A DNA stretch of 64,000 nucleotides from Candidatus Babeliales bacterium (GTDB taxonomy: Bacteria; Babelota; Babeliae; Babelales; RVW-14): assembly GCA_041662445.1 (NCBI GenBank), contig JBAZSL010000008.1, forward strand, positions 5,503 through 69,502, read 5' to 3'. Shown here in pieces: positions 17,648-27,400 of the stretch; within the stretch, counting starts at the first letter, position 1; each line of letters starts with the position of its first letter. The notes under the pieces are model-generated. The model was not told where the DNA came from. It was given only the letters and a program-made list of their open reading frames with translations, and did not search any database. The position numbers were made by a program, and so were the translations under genes.

Positions 17648-18589
17648 TTAGACCGCAGTTGGTACTACCTGTTTGATGAAATCTATAATTTTTATGCGAT
17701 AAAGCATGGCGTGTTTTGAATGCAGCCTGACGTGTCGGCAATGCGGTGCAATCCATAATTGAGATTTTTGATTGCGTGCACGCGCATACAGCGCAACAGA
17801 ATTTTTGGGTGGGATATACGTATCATTGCAGGCATGTATAAAAAGAATTGGCTGTTGTACCGACATGACACTTTCGATCGGATTCATATCTTTAAGATTA
17901 CAGCCGGCGATGTACTGAAACATGGCTCTGATGACCGGGAAGAATGGATAATGTGGCAAATTAGCCTTGGAGCAAAAAATCCTCCGTACGGTTGATTCGA
18001 GGCGTGCATATGATGAATCAATAATCAAAGCATCACACAGCGTTGGCTCAATTTCCGCCGCGCGAATACTAGCGGCTCCCCCCATAGAAAGACCCAAAAT
18101 AATGAGCGGTAATTTGCTGCTGGTTTGGTTGCGTACATAATGCGCTGCTGCTATAACATCCCTGTATTCCAAACACCCTATGGTAGTAACGTATCCCTCA
18201 CTTTGCCCGTGTGCTCTGAAATCAAACATCAGAACGTTCCATTCAGGGAAAAGTTCCATATAAGGGTACATAAATTCTTTTGCCCCCTTATACCCATGAC
18301 ACACAATGAGATTAGCTTTTGGCTGGGGGCGTTGAATAAAAATCCCCGTCAACGTGAGCCCGTCTGCAGTAGTAAACTTAACTTCACCGGTTCCTGGAGT
18401 ATTAAGTAATTCCGTTCGGATTTCGCGCGTAATATGCGACATGCTGCTGTTATAAATAACATAATCACGTGGTGCATACGTAAGTTTTTTGAGCGCGTAA
18501 TATGAAATACCAAAAACTATTGCTGCTGCAATACCTATAAAGGCTGCACTAAGATAAAGAAAATGCCGCAGCGTTATTGAAATCTTCAC
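17648..18589 (-). CDS. membrane-anchored alpha/beta hydrolase
   Basis: 313 aa with an N-terminal TM helix, a CHGY oxyanion-type segment, and the nucleophile elbow GLSMGG. Confidence 0.75.
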   Translation of the reverse strand: MKISITLRHFLYLSAAFIGIAAAIVFGISYYALKKLTYAPRDYVIYNSSMSHITREIRTELLNTPGTGEVKFTTADGLTLTGIFIQRPQPKANLIVCHGYKGAKEFMYPYMELFPEWNVLMFDFRAHGQSEGYVTTIGCLEYRDVIAAAHYVRNQTSSKLPLIILGLSMGGAASIRAAEIEPTLCDALIIDSSYARLESTVRRIFCSKANLPHYPFFPVIRAMFQYIAGCNLKDMNPIESVMSVQQPILFIHACNDTYIPPKNSVALYARARNQKSQLWIAPHCRHVRLHSKHAMLYRIKIIDFIKQVVPTAV

Positions 18590-18936
18590 AGAGAAAGTCC
18601 ATGTTCATAAAGATTTTTTCCGGCAAGAAGATGCAGATGAAGGTGCATGATGCTTTGGCCGGCCGCCGCCCCATTATTGATGATTAAATTGAATGCCTGC
18701 GCAGGCATTTTGGTGCCAAGGTCGCGTGCAATCTTCATCATATGCCAACAATATTCTGCATCCTTATCAGTAAGTGAACTTACCGACTCAACATGAATTT
18801 TAGGGATAATGAGATAATGCGTAGGCGCTTTGGGGGCGATATCAGACACAACAATGACATGTTCGTTTTCAGTGATAATGGTGCTGGGAATGGTTTTTTG
18901 AATTATTTTGCAGAAGATACAGGTTGGTGATAACAC
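18586..18936 (-). CDS. HIT-family (histidine triad) protein
   Basis: CIFCKII and the HxHxHxx motif HLHLHLL. The track ORF (to 19044) runs through tRNA-Leu. I place the start at the GTG at 18936, which lies 5 nt after AGGAG. Confidence 0.8.
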   Translation of the reverse strand: MLSPTCIFCKIIQKTIPSTIITENEHVIVVSDIAPKAPTHYLIIPKIHVESVSSLTDKDAEYCWHMMKIARDLGTKMPAQAFNLIINNGAAAGQSIMHLHLHLLAGKNLYEHGLSL

Positions 18937-18966
18937 GGTAACTCCTGAATGGGTTATTAAGATTAA

Positions 18967-19050
18967 TGCCGAAGGTCGGACTCGAACCGACACAGTGTCG
19001 CCACCACGGGATTTTGAGTCCCGCGCGTCTACCAATTTCGCCACTTCGGC
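18967..19050 (-). tRNA. tRNA-Leu (anticodon CAA), long variable arm
   Basis: Minus strand reads GCCGAAGTGGCGAAATTGGTAGACGCGCGGGACTCAAAATCCCGTGGTGGCGACACTGTGTCGGTTCGAGTCCGACCTTCGGCA. Confidence 0.92.
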
Positions 19051-19189
19051 ATGTCAAATGAGCAACAGCCCAAGGCTAACAAAATGAACTGCTACGTCAA
19101 GGGGAAATGCCGCGTAGTATGAGAAGTAAAGTGATACTATCAATTTCTGACAATAATTATTGGAATATGATCCCGCTCGCCCCGCCTGT

Positions 19190-19213
19190 CCGCCATAGCC
19201 TTGGCGTCGGCGG
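19190..19213 (+). repeat. GC-rich structured repeat, copy E1
   Basis: CCGCC-ATA-GCC-tt-GGC-GTC-GGCGG. Its reverse complement recurs at 58230..58257. Confidence 0.65.
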
Positions 19214-19254
19214 GAGTGATTTGCCTTGCAAATCGTATCGAGGGGTACGAACGG

Positions 19255-19285
19255 CCGGCTGCGCTTCTGAAGCAGCCGGGGTTTT
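19255..19285 (+). terminator. strong hairpin plus T4 (terminator-like, no annotated upstream gene)
   Basis: CCGGCT-GC-GCTTC-t-GAAGC-AGCCGG, followed by GGTTTTG. Confidence 0.35.
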
Positions 19286-19554
19286 GATAGTAGGTTTCAA
19301 TTTCTAAATTGTGGGAATGGTATCGGGGCATCGAATACCCATGTTTTGTTAACAACGACACGTTATCCCACAGCCCGTCATATCACATTACTCCAATCGC
19401 ATTTTTCACCAGATTAATCTAGCCCTAGTAAATCCGTCACTATCTGTATTTCATTGACTCTCTGAAATTGTTTTCTGTAGGGTGATAGTGGAGAGATTCA
19501 GGGGGACGGAGGGAATAGGCAAACGCGTTTATCGAAAAACGCGAGGGGGGTGGG

Positions 19555-20901
19555 ATGAGAGCAAGGTTATGTGGCTTGATGGTAGGTAGCGTTCTTACCT
19601 GGTGCAGCATGCTTATTGCTGTTCCCGAGTGGACAGCGCTCATTTATGTACAAGCCAACAATAATTTGAGCCCTTTTGCACTCAAGAATTTCAACGACAT
19701 GACCGCTATAGGCTCGAATGATGCGGTGACTACACTTGTGCAATGGTATCAACCTGGGCAATCAGGAACATGGCGCTATAAAGTTGAAAAAGGGAAGCTG
19801 GCGCTTGAAGAATGCAATCCCGCGCCGACGACAGATGGAAGTTCAGCGCGTGATCTTGTTGATGCTATGCGCTGGGCAACGACCAAGCATCCGGCTCAAA
19901 AATATTCTTTGGTACTGTGGGACCATGGTATTGGCATTCTTGATCCTTCGTGGGGAAATCATCGGCCATGGGGGGCGAAAGACTTTTTGGATATCGATCC
20001 TGATTTTGTCAAAAATAATCCACGAATCCAGATTAGCGGATTGACTATTGATGATTTTGAAGATGCGACACTAACGACCACTAGCGAGTTACTCGATGCC
20101 ACAACTACTGAAACGCTACAACGGGGAATACTCTTTAATGAGCACAGCAAAACCTATATGGACAACCAAAATCTTGCGCAGGCGCTCAAAGACATTAGCA
20201 CTATTGTTCTGAAGGGTAAAAAAATAGACATTCTGGGCATGGATGCGTGTCTCATGGCAATGGTAGAAATCAGTTACTTGGCGCATAAACATGCATCAAT
20301 ATTGGTAGCGTCGCAAGAGGTTGAACTTGCAAACGGCTGGAATTACGCAGCCTTTATTCATCTACTATCAACCAAAAATTCAGCGCCATTTCTTGTTGCG
20401 CAGGGCATTGTCAAAAGTTATGAACAATACTACAAAGATCGCGTGCAGTTTTATACTCAATCAGCCATCAATCTTGAACATATCGGCCTGATCAAAAATA
20501 ATATTGATGCGGTCATTGCAGGGTTTCGAGCATGTAATCATCTTGAAAAAACTGATGTTGCAGCAATGGCAAAGAAAGCTCGTCGCTCATGTCTGCAACT
20601 AAGTTCAGCAAATTATATTGATCTTTATACTTTTTACGCCGACTTTCATTATCAACTGACGACGGGAAATCCGGCGTTTACGCGTGCAAAAGCGGTAGAG
20701 GAACTTAAGAATTCTCTGGTGCAAGGCATGCATCTTATTGAACAGTCAGTTATTGCCAAAACGGCGGGAAAAAATATGGCACGGGCAAAAGGGCTTTCGA
20801 TTTACTTTCCGCTTCGTTATGTGGATAGGTCGTATCCAAAGACCGATTTTGCAAAAGATTGCCAATGGTATTGGTTTATCAAGGAGCTCTGTGGCGGTTG
20901 A
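19555..20901 (+). CDS. clostripain-like cysteine peptidase (family C11)
   Basis: 448 aa with an N-terminal hydrophobic segment. The catalytic-type motifs are LVLWDHGIG (His) and ILGMDACLMAMVE (Cys), in the order and spacing typical of C11. Confidence 0.75.
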   Translation: MRARLCGLMVGSVLTWCSMLIAVPEWTALIYVQANNNLSPFALKNFNDMTAIGSNDAVTTLVQWYQPGQSGTWRYKVEKGKLALEECNPAPTTDGSSARDLVDAMRWATTKHPAQKYSLVLWDHGIGILDPSWGNHRPWGAKDFLDIDPDFVKNNPRIQISGLTIDDFEDATLTTTSELLDATTTETLQRGILFNEHSKTYMDNQNLAQALKDISTIVLKGKKIDILGMDACLMAMVEISYLAHKHASILVASQEVELANGWNYAAFIHLLSTKNSAPFLVAQGIVKSYEQYYKDRVQFYTQSAINLEHIGLIKNNIDAVIAGFRACNHLEKTDVAAMAKKARRSCLQLSSANYIDLYTFYADFHYQLTTGNPAFTRAKAVEELKNSLVQGMHLIEQSVIAKTAGKNMARAKGLSIYFPLRYVDRSYPKTDFAKDCQWYWFIKELCGG

Positions 20902-21014
20902 TTATAAGACCATTCTTTATGACCGCCTCAAACCATAAAAACCTTGCCAAACCAAGCCTCCTCTGGCACAATACTAACCATCATTTGAAATTCAATCATT
21001 CTTAGCCTCAAAGA

Positions 21015-21089
21015 GGGGTTGTAGCTCAGTTTGGTTAGAGCGTCCGCCTGTCACGCGGAAGGTCACGGGTTCGAGTCCCGTCAGCCCCG
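21015..21089 (+). tRNA. tRNA-Asp (anticodon GUC)
   Basis: GGGGTTGTAGCTCAGTTTGGTTAGAGCGTCCGCCTGTCACGCGGAAGGTCACGGGTTCGAGTCCCGTCAGCCCCG. Confidence 0.93.
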
Positions 21090-21185
21090 TATATTCCACC
21101 AGTTTACCAAGAATAATTTGTATAGACCGCTACCATGTGTAGCGCTACAAGCGTACCCGCCTGACGGCAGCAGCGTCCGATGCTC

Positions 21186-24146
21186 TCATGCTTCAATTTG
21201 TTTTTGTATCATTGCGCTAAATCTTGAAAGATATGGGGTAATGATTTTGTTAACGATCGGCTTGCCCCCAGTATGGATTTGGTCCCATGCATCGTGAGTA
21301 ACATTGCGCTGTAGTATTTTCAACTCTTTTTTAACTATTGGTGACCGTCGAGTCACAACTGCCATGAGGAGATTACGGATTTCTGACGTCTTGACTATGC
21401 TGCGAATAAATGCCGGATCTGGGAGCATTATTGCGTCGCCACCAACTTGAAGTAATAAACGAACAATTTCAATAGAACCATTTTGTGCGGCCAACATAAG
21501 AGCGGTGGAATTCGATTTATCTTTCTCGTTCAGATTCGCGGGTGCAGCAATTAAAAGTCTGACTATTTCAATTTCATTTTCTTGAGCAGCCTTCATCAGT
21601 GCTGTGTTGCCTAATGGATCCTTTGCATTAGGATTGGCTCCGATTTTAAGCAACAAGTCGATAAGCCACGCTTTTTTATCAGCAACCGCAGCATAAAGAA
21701 CTGTATCAAAAGAAACTTTCGTTGGAGCACTACCAACTTTTTGCCCATATGTTACGCGACCGATTGAATAATAAAAATCATAGTCGCCCAGTTCGGCTAG
21801 CTCAGGAATAGCAAAGGGCAGCATAAAGTTGGAGTATGTGATATCTAAACAGGTAAGCGTTTTGATAAAAATAACGGTTCTATCAGGTGTTTTCACTAAC
21901 GGTGCTTTCGACTTCAAGACGTTGTTGAAAAAGTCGGCGAAAGTATCATCTGATGTTATGGCATCAAAAATCATAATATTGGAAAAACCAGTTGTTTTCA
22001 TGGTTGGAATTATTGCTTTGGTGCCGATTGTATGCCCAAATTTTATTGTTAAAGGCACATTGTTGGTTTGGACAAAAATAAATTTTTTTTGTGTTGCATC
22101 GATGACTTCAGAGGACTTGGCAGGTGACTTTCTCGCTTCTTCCCATTTACCCCAATTTTCTTTCCAGGCTTTTTGTTCTTCTGCGGTCATTTTCTGGGAT
22201 TTTGTAATTTTAGGCGCTTGTATCCCCTTAGGCAAAGCAAAAGCCGATTCTGGGGTTTCTGCGCGGCTTTTAAGGGCTTTCGCTGAAGGCTTTGTTGAGT
22301 ATTTTTTTTCGAACGCTTTTGCCCGCATCATTACATCATTGATAACCAATACTTGGTCGTCAATGTAAGAGACGGTGTGCCAATCGGTTGGTCCCGGCAA
22401 TTTTATCCAGGGTACATTTGATACGTTACTTAGCTTGCCGTTGGAGCCCAAAAAATTTCCAACATAATTGAGAAGCTGAGAAAAACAATTCTTAGTATCA
22501 GCTTTATTTTTAGCGAAATGATGAAAATCACTTATACCATCAAAAAAGTCCTGAAATAAAGTAAAGGGTTCGAAGGTATAATTTCCTATATCCCCCTTTA
22601 TAAAAACGCCTGAAATTTTGATTGGTACATCAAGAAGGGCTGTATTAATAAGGGTATAGGAAAGTGATACAGGTGAAGACATAAATACAAAAGGAAGGAT
22701 AAGATGTAATCCACCTCCATGACAGGTGGTTACGAAAAAAGAGTTGGTTATATTATTAAAAGATTCAAGAGTTTGTCCAAAAATATTTGCTGGAAGTCCA
22801 GCAATATGTCCTCCTTGCTCAATAAGTTGTGGGCGAACCTCTTTTTTTAGTTGTTTTATTTCCTCTGATGCCGCGAACCCTCCTGAAAACCACCTCGCTA
22901 CTAATGTTTCCAGTTTTGACGATGGTTCTGTTGACCCGCCATGCCCAATTATATAAACATTGTATTGAGGCAATTTGGCAGCGCAGCCGACGGCTACGAG
23001 TTTTTGGTTAGCCTTTTTAAAAACGAGAAGTTTATCGAGACATTGTATAAAATTCTTATAGATAATAGGCCCACTTTTTTCTAGATACGCATTAATTTTT
23101 AGTTGTTGCTCAACCTCAGCAATTTGCAAAGCAAGCGAGTCCTTTTGTTTCTTTAATAATAGAGAGGCAGATGTAGCTTGTTGCGTTTCGAGTTCTTCTA
23201 GTTGTTTTTTATAGCTATCAACAGTCTCAATAAGATTTCCTAACTCGCCTGGCTTATCAAGCGACTCCTTGTCTAATATGCTTATTCCAAGATCAAGACA
23301 TGTTGCATCAATATCCGATAGAAATTTTTTAAACCGTATGCTGGGCCTATTCGGATCAGTTGTCAAGAGCCTCTTGTATTTTTTGGGACAGAAAATGTAA
23401 AAATTTTCTTGGGCGGATTCTGTCTGTGTATGAATTTTATAAATTTCCCAGCGATTTTTGACCTGATTAAAAAGTTCTTTTGTATCGATAATCGAATTCT
23501 CTTGCATATAATGAGCATGCAAAAAATAATCCCATACCTCAGTCGGAATGAGAATAAAAGCACATTCTTCGACGAGAGCAGTGACAAAAGCCCCAAGAAG
23601 GCCCTGCCCTTTTGCTTCTGTTGCTTTCCATTCGCTTCCATCATCGATAATGATGATTAAATTTCTATATTTACAACGTATTTGCGCATATGATTCATCC
23701 AGCTTTTCGCTGATCAATCGGCTAATTTCTGGCTCGTTAGCAAACCGAAGGCTTATTGGGATGCCTTTTCGTGGTCGCTCTACATTGGCACCAGCATTGA
23801 TGAGCAATTTGATGATATCCGTGTGATCACTTGGATTGGCGAGTAATAATGCGTCGAAACCATTAGAATTTTTTGCATCAATATCAGCTTTGCCAGTTCG
23901 AAGTAGCTGGTTAACGATTTCTATGTTGCCGTTGGCTACTGCCAGCATCAGTGGTGTCCAGCCACCCTCATCTTGTACATTAATATTTGATCCTTGCGCA
24001 ATGAGTGTGCTGACTTGTGACGCATCTTCACACATAATCGCATTAAATAGATCTATCCACCCCCCCATAGCGAAGATTATGCTCGTACTGAAGATGCAGA
24101 AGATAAAGCTCAGAAAGGCTTTGATAAAAAAACTATGGTTGACCAT
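21186..24146 (-). CDS. large membrane-anchored or secreted protein: 3 ankyrin repeats, about 650-aa unknown core, 3 ankyrin repeats
   Basis: The track ORF extends to 24359, but that extension includes a segment (24329..24359) duplicated as non-coding DNA at 27809..27839. I prefer the ATG at 24146 (MVNHSFFIKAFLSF...), 6 nt after GGAG. ANK motifs include GWTPLMLAVANGNIEIVNQLL and GNTALMKAAQENEIEIVRLLI. Confidence 0.75.
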   Translation of the reverse strand: MVNHSFFIKAFLSFIFCIFSTSIIFAMGGWIDLFNAIMCEDASQVSTLIAQGSNINVQDEGGWTPLMLAVANGNIEIVNQLLRTGKADIDAKNSNGFDALLLANPSDHTDIIKLLINAGANVERPRKGIPISLRFANEPEISRLISEKLDESYAQIRCKYRNLIIIIDDGSEWKATEAKGQGLLGAFVTALVEECAFILIPTEVWDYFLHAHYMQENSIIDTKELFNQVKNRWEIYKIHTQTESAQENFYIFCPKKYKRLLTTDPNRPSIRFKKFLSDIDATCLDLGISILDKESLDKPGELGNLIETVDSYKKQLEELETQQATSASLLLKKQKDSLALQIAEVEQQLKINAYLEKSGPIIYKNFIQCLDKLLVFKKANQKLVAVGCAAKLPQYNVYIIGHGGSTEPSSKLETLVARWFSGGFAASEEIKQLKKEVRPQLIEQGGHIAGLPANIFGQTLESFNNITNSFFVTTCHGGGLHLILPFVFMSSPVSLSYTLINTALLDVPIKISGVFIKGDIGNYTFEPFTLFQDFFDGISDFHHFAKNKADTKNCFSQLLNYVGNFLGSNGKLSNVSNVPWIKLPGPTDWHTVSYIDDQVLVINDVMMRAKAFEKKYSTKPSAKALKSRAETPESAFALPKGIQAPKITKSQKMTAEEQKAWKENWGKWEEARKSPAKSSEVIDATQKKFIFVQTNNVPLTIKFGHTIGTKAIIPTMKTTGFSNIMIFDAITSDDTFADFFNNVLKSKAPLVKTPDRTVIFIKTLTCLDITYSNFMLPFAIPELAELGDYDFYYSIGRVTYGQKVGSAPTKVSFDTVLYAAVADKKAWLIDLLLKIGANPNAKDPLGNTALMKAAQENEIEIVRLLIAAPANLNEKDKSNSTALMLAAQNGSIEIVRLLLQVGGDAIMLPDPAFIRSIVKTSEIRNLLMAVVTRRSPIVKKELKILQRNVTHDAWDQIHTGGKPIVNKIITPYLSRFSAMIQKQIEA

Positions 24147-24381
24147 AATTGTCTCCACCCAAAACATTTTGAACAATGTAAGTTTCAAACCCCTTGGATC
24201 ATGACATCGTGGAATATGCAGAGGCAACAGAAATGGCAATTTAACTCGAAATAAGGCTGGTATCGCCAATAACGTCTTTGATACCAGCCAGAATGAACTG
24301 GTCATCTTTCTCCCGTCTGCCAAGAAATCATTTTTTAGCAGAACTGAATAGCTCAACAAAATGCACTAACATGGTTAGCAC

Positions 24382-24411
24382 TTGACCGTGTGCTTCTCTC
24401 TTTTCTAGAGT
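24382..24411 (+). promoter_or_regulatory. candidate sigma70-type promoter (TTGACC-18-TAGAGT), duplicated at 27862..27891
   Basis: Both hexamers are conserved in both copies of the duplicated upstream segment. The element lies 45 nt before the ATG, and an RBS (GGGAGAG) precedes the start. Confidence 0.4.
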
Positions 24412-24455
24412 GAAAGACCGGTAAACGAACTTATCTCATAAAAGGGAGAGAAGAT

Positions 24456-27400
24456 ATGAGGTATTATGTAGTTTGTACATTTGCGCTGATTGCCATGTTA
24501 CATGCATCGCTTGCTGCCAGCAGTATTACGGCTTATGACAACCAGACCGCCTATGTAACATCCAATCACGTTTTTTATAATAATGAAGTTGCGCAGGGCT
24601 TTGTGCGTCTTAATGCCGGCTTTACGGTCATGCCTCCGCATGCATGCGCAAATCTTGATCTCTTGCTTTCAGTGTCAGGTGGTATTGATTTGCGAGAAAC
24701 GAGTACTATCCGCTTACTCAAGGACCTTGAGTTTGATAGCGGGGTTACATTAACAACCGGTGGCACTATTGATGGACGTGGCCACACGCTTATTCTCAAT
24801 GGCGATTTCAGAATTCCTGATGGTAAAGTTTTGCATTTTAGTGGTGATACGATTATTGATGCGCAAGGACATGATATTGTTATTGGCGAAAATGCACAGA
24901 TCTTTATTGATACGAATGTAACGCTGACCATTGCCAATGCAATGATCAAAAACATGCACAATGCGCCAACGCTTCCAGCATTACAACTTGCTGCACTCAC
25001 CAGTAAGCTTGCGCTTGATAACGTTGTATTTGCACCGGTTGGCGATTTTTTATTTCAACAAGGACAACTCTTTGTTCACAATGATGTCATGATTACCGGC
25101 ACGTCAGCGTTTGTATATAATTCACCAACACCAAGTTTCATTACACAACATGGACAATTGTCTTTTGATCACAATACTACTTTTTCATACTCACCACTCA
25201 ACAGAGAAAATAATCTTATCCAAATGGCTGATGCCTCCTCAGTGCTTTCTTTTGACAATTGTGATATTGCAATCATTAAAAGCGAGTTAGAACTTATCAA
25301 GGGGACTGTATTGTTTGATGGAAAGGTTATTCTCAACCGGTATCAAAGTCCGATTAGTCTGCCTATTTCAAACGTAGGCACTTTTTTAACATATACAATT
25401 CATCAAATCCTTATTCGGTTTCAGCTTCTCCTAATGGCCAATTTATTGCTGTTACCAGTCAATATGGAGGGGTGAGCAATGAAGGAACCATTCAAATATT
25501 TCATTTTACTGACCCTGGCGATCCAACATTAATAAGTCAATACGATTGTTCGACGGACACGGGAATTACCCCCTTTTACGTTTCATGGTCCCCCGATGGT
25601 CAATTTATTGGTGTCACCAATTATGGCGGCGGTAGCAATAGTGTTGGAACCCTTCAAATATTCGCTGTTGACGCCTTCGGGTATCTGACTACGGTAGGAG
25701 CCCCATACAACTGCTCCTATGCAACTGGAGCCGTTCCGTTCTCGCTTGCATGGTCTTTCAGTGGCCAATTTATTGCAGTTACCAATGAGCAGGGAGGTGC
25801 TAATAATCAAGGATCCGTTCAAATACTTTCCTTCACCGGTTCTGGTACCCCAACACCGATAGGTCAATATAACTGTTCGCTTTCAACAGGAATCAGGGCA
25901 TATTCAGGCGCATGGTCTCCTGATGACCAATTTCTTGCTATTGCCAGTAACGCGTATGGTCGCCCTGGTAGCGAGCGGGTTGGGACCGTTCAAATACTTT
26001 CTTTCAGCGGTTCTGGAGATCCAACTTACGTAGGTCAGTATGATTGTGAAATGAGCAAAGGGTATTATCCATATTCTCTTTCTTGGTCTTCAGCTGGCAA
26101 TTTTATTGCTGTTGCCAATGTCACTGGAGGGAGCAATAATCTCGGGTCTGTTCAAATACTTTCTTTCAGCGGATCTGGCGATCCAACTTCGATAGGCCAA
26201 TATAATTGTTCTGATAGCACGGGAGGCAACCCATTGTCAGCCAGGTGGTCCCCCGATGCTCAATTTATTGTTGTTGCTCATACCAGCGGAGGGAGCAATA
26301 ATCTCGGGTCTGTTCAAATACTTTCTTTCAGCGGAGCTGGCGACCCGACTTCAACAGGCCTATACAATTGTTCTAGTAACACGGGATCCAATCCCCACTC
26401 AGCTACTTGGTTTCCAACTGGCAATTTTATTGCTCTTGCAAATAGCGCAGGAGGAGGCTATCTCAGTGGTTCAATTCAAGTTTTTTCTTTCAGTGGATCC
26501 GGGAATCCAACGTTGACAGGTCACTATAATTCTTTAGGAATGATGGGAAATGCTCCCAACTCAGTTGCATGGTCACCAGATGGCCAATTCATTGCTGTAG
26601 CCGATTACAGTGGAGGGAGTAATGGGGTTGGTACTATTCAAATACTTAATTTCAACGAATCCGGTGATCCAACAGCGATAGGAAAATATGATTGTTCTGA
26701 TAGCACTGGCAGCAACCCATACTCAGTCGCATGGTCACCAGATGGCCAATTCATTGCTGTAGCCAATTGCAGTGGAGGGAGCAACAATCGCGGGTCTGTT
26801 CAAATACTTTCTTTTAGTGGATCTGGTGATCCAACAGCGATAGGAAAATATGATTGTTCTGATAGTATGGGCAGTTTTCCATACTCAGTCGCATGGTCAC
26901 CAGATGGCCAATTCATTGCTGTAGCAAATAACTATGGCGGGGGTAATGAGATAGGTACTATTCAAATACTTTCTTTCACCGGATCTGGTGATCCAACAGC
27001 GATAGGAAAATATGATTGTTCTGATAGCACTGGCAGCAATCCATACTCAGTCGCATGGTCACCAGATGGTCAATTCGTTGCAGTTGCCAATTACTATGGC
27101 GGGGGTAATGAGGAAGGTACAATCCAAATACTTTCTTTTAGTGGATCTGGTGATCCAACAGCGATAGGAAAATATGATTGTTCTGATAGTATGGGCAGTT
27201 TTCCATACTCAGTTGCATGGTCACCAGATGGCCAATTTGTTGCAGTTACCAATTACTATGGCGGGGGTAATGAGATAGGCACCATTCAAATACTTTCTTT
27301 CACCGGATCTGGTGATCCAACAGCAATAGGAAAATATGATTGTTCTGATGCTACAGGAAGCAATCCATACTCAGTTGCATGGTCACCAGATGGCCAATTC

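Noticed and set aside
18937-19057. N-terminal extension of the HIT ORF, and the 62-aa ORF 18869..19057
   Set aside because: Both overlap tRNA-Leu on the same strand. A GTG with an AGGAG RBS at 18936 gives a normal-length HIT protein.
19255-19279. The hairpin GCAGCC... considered as the SRP (4.5S) RNA domain IV
   Set aside because: It lacks the conserved GGAA/GNAR tetraloop and the symmetric and asymmetric loop sequence (..GGUCCGGAAGGAAGCAGCC..). It is only a simple bulged stem.
21031-21297. 88-aa ORF (+)
   Set aside because: It starts inside tRNA-Asp and continues antisense into the end of the ankyrin gene.
21829-22368. 179-aa ORF antisense to the ankyrin-core gene. Similar antisense or alternate-frame ORFs include 6711..7106, 24575..25000, 28055..28486, 29364..29813, 51039..51599 and 62352..62960
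   Set aside because: Each is fully embedded in a longer ORF that has recognisable motifs or repeats. They have no RBS or independent signal. The pair 24575 and 28055 merely mirrors the gene duplication.
24147-24359. The first 71 codons of the 1057-aa track ORF
   Set aside because: The upstream end (24329-24359) is duplicated as non-coding DNA in front of the paralog at 27809-27839. A better start with a GGAG RBS, directly followed by a signal or TM segment, is at 24146.
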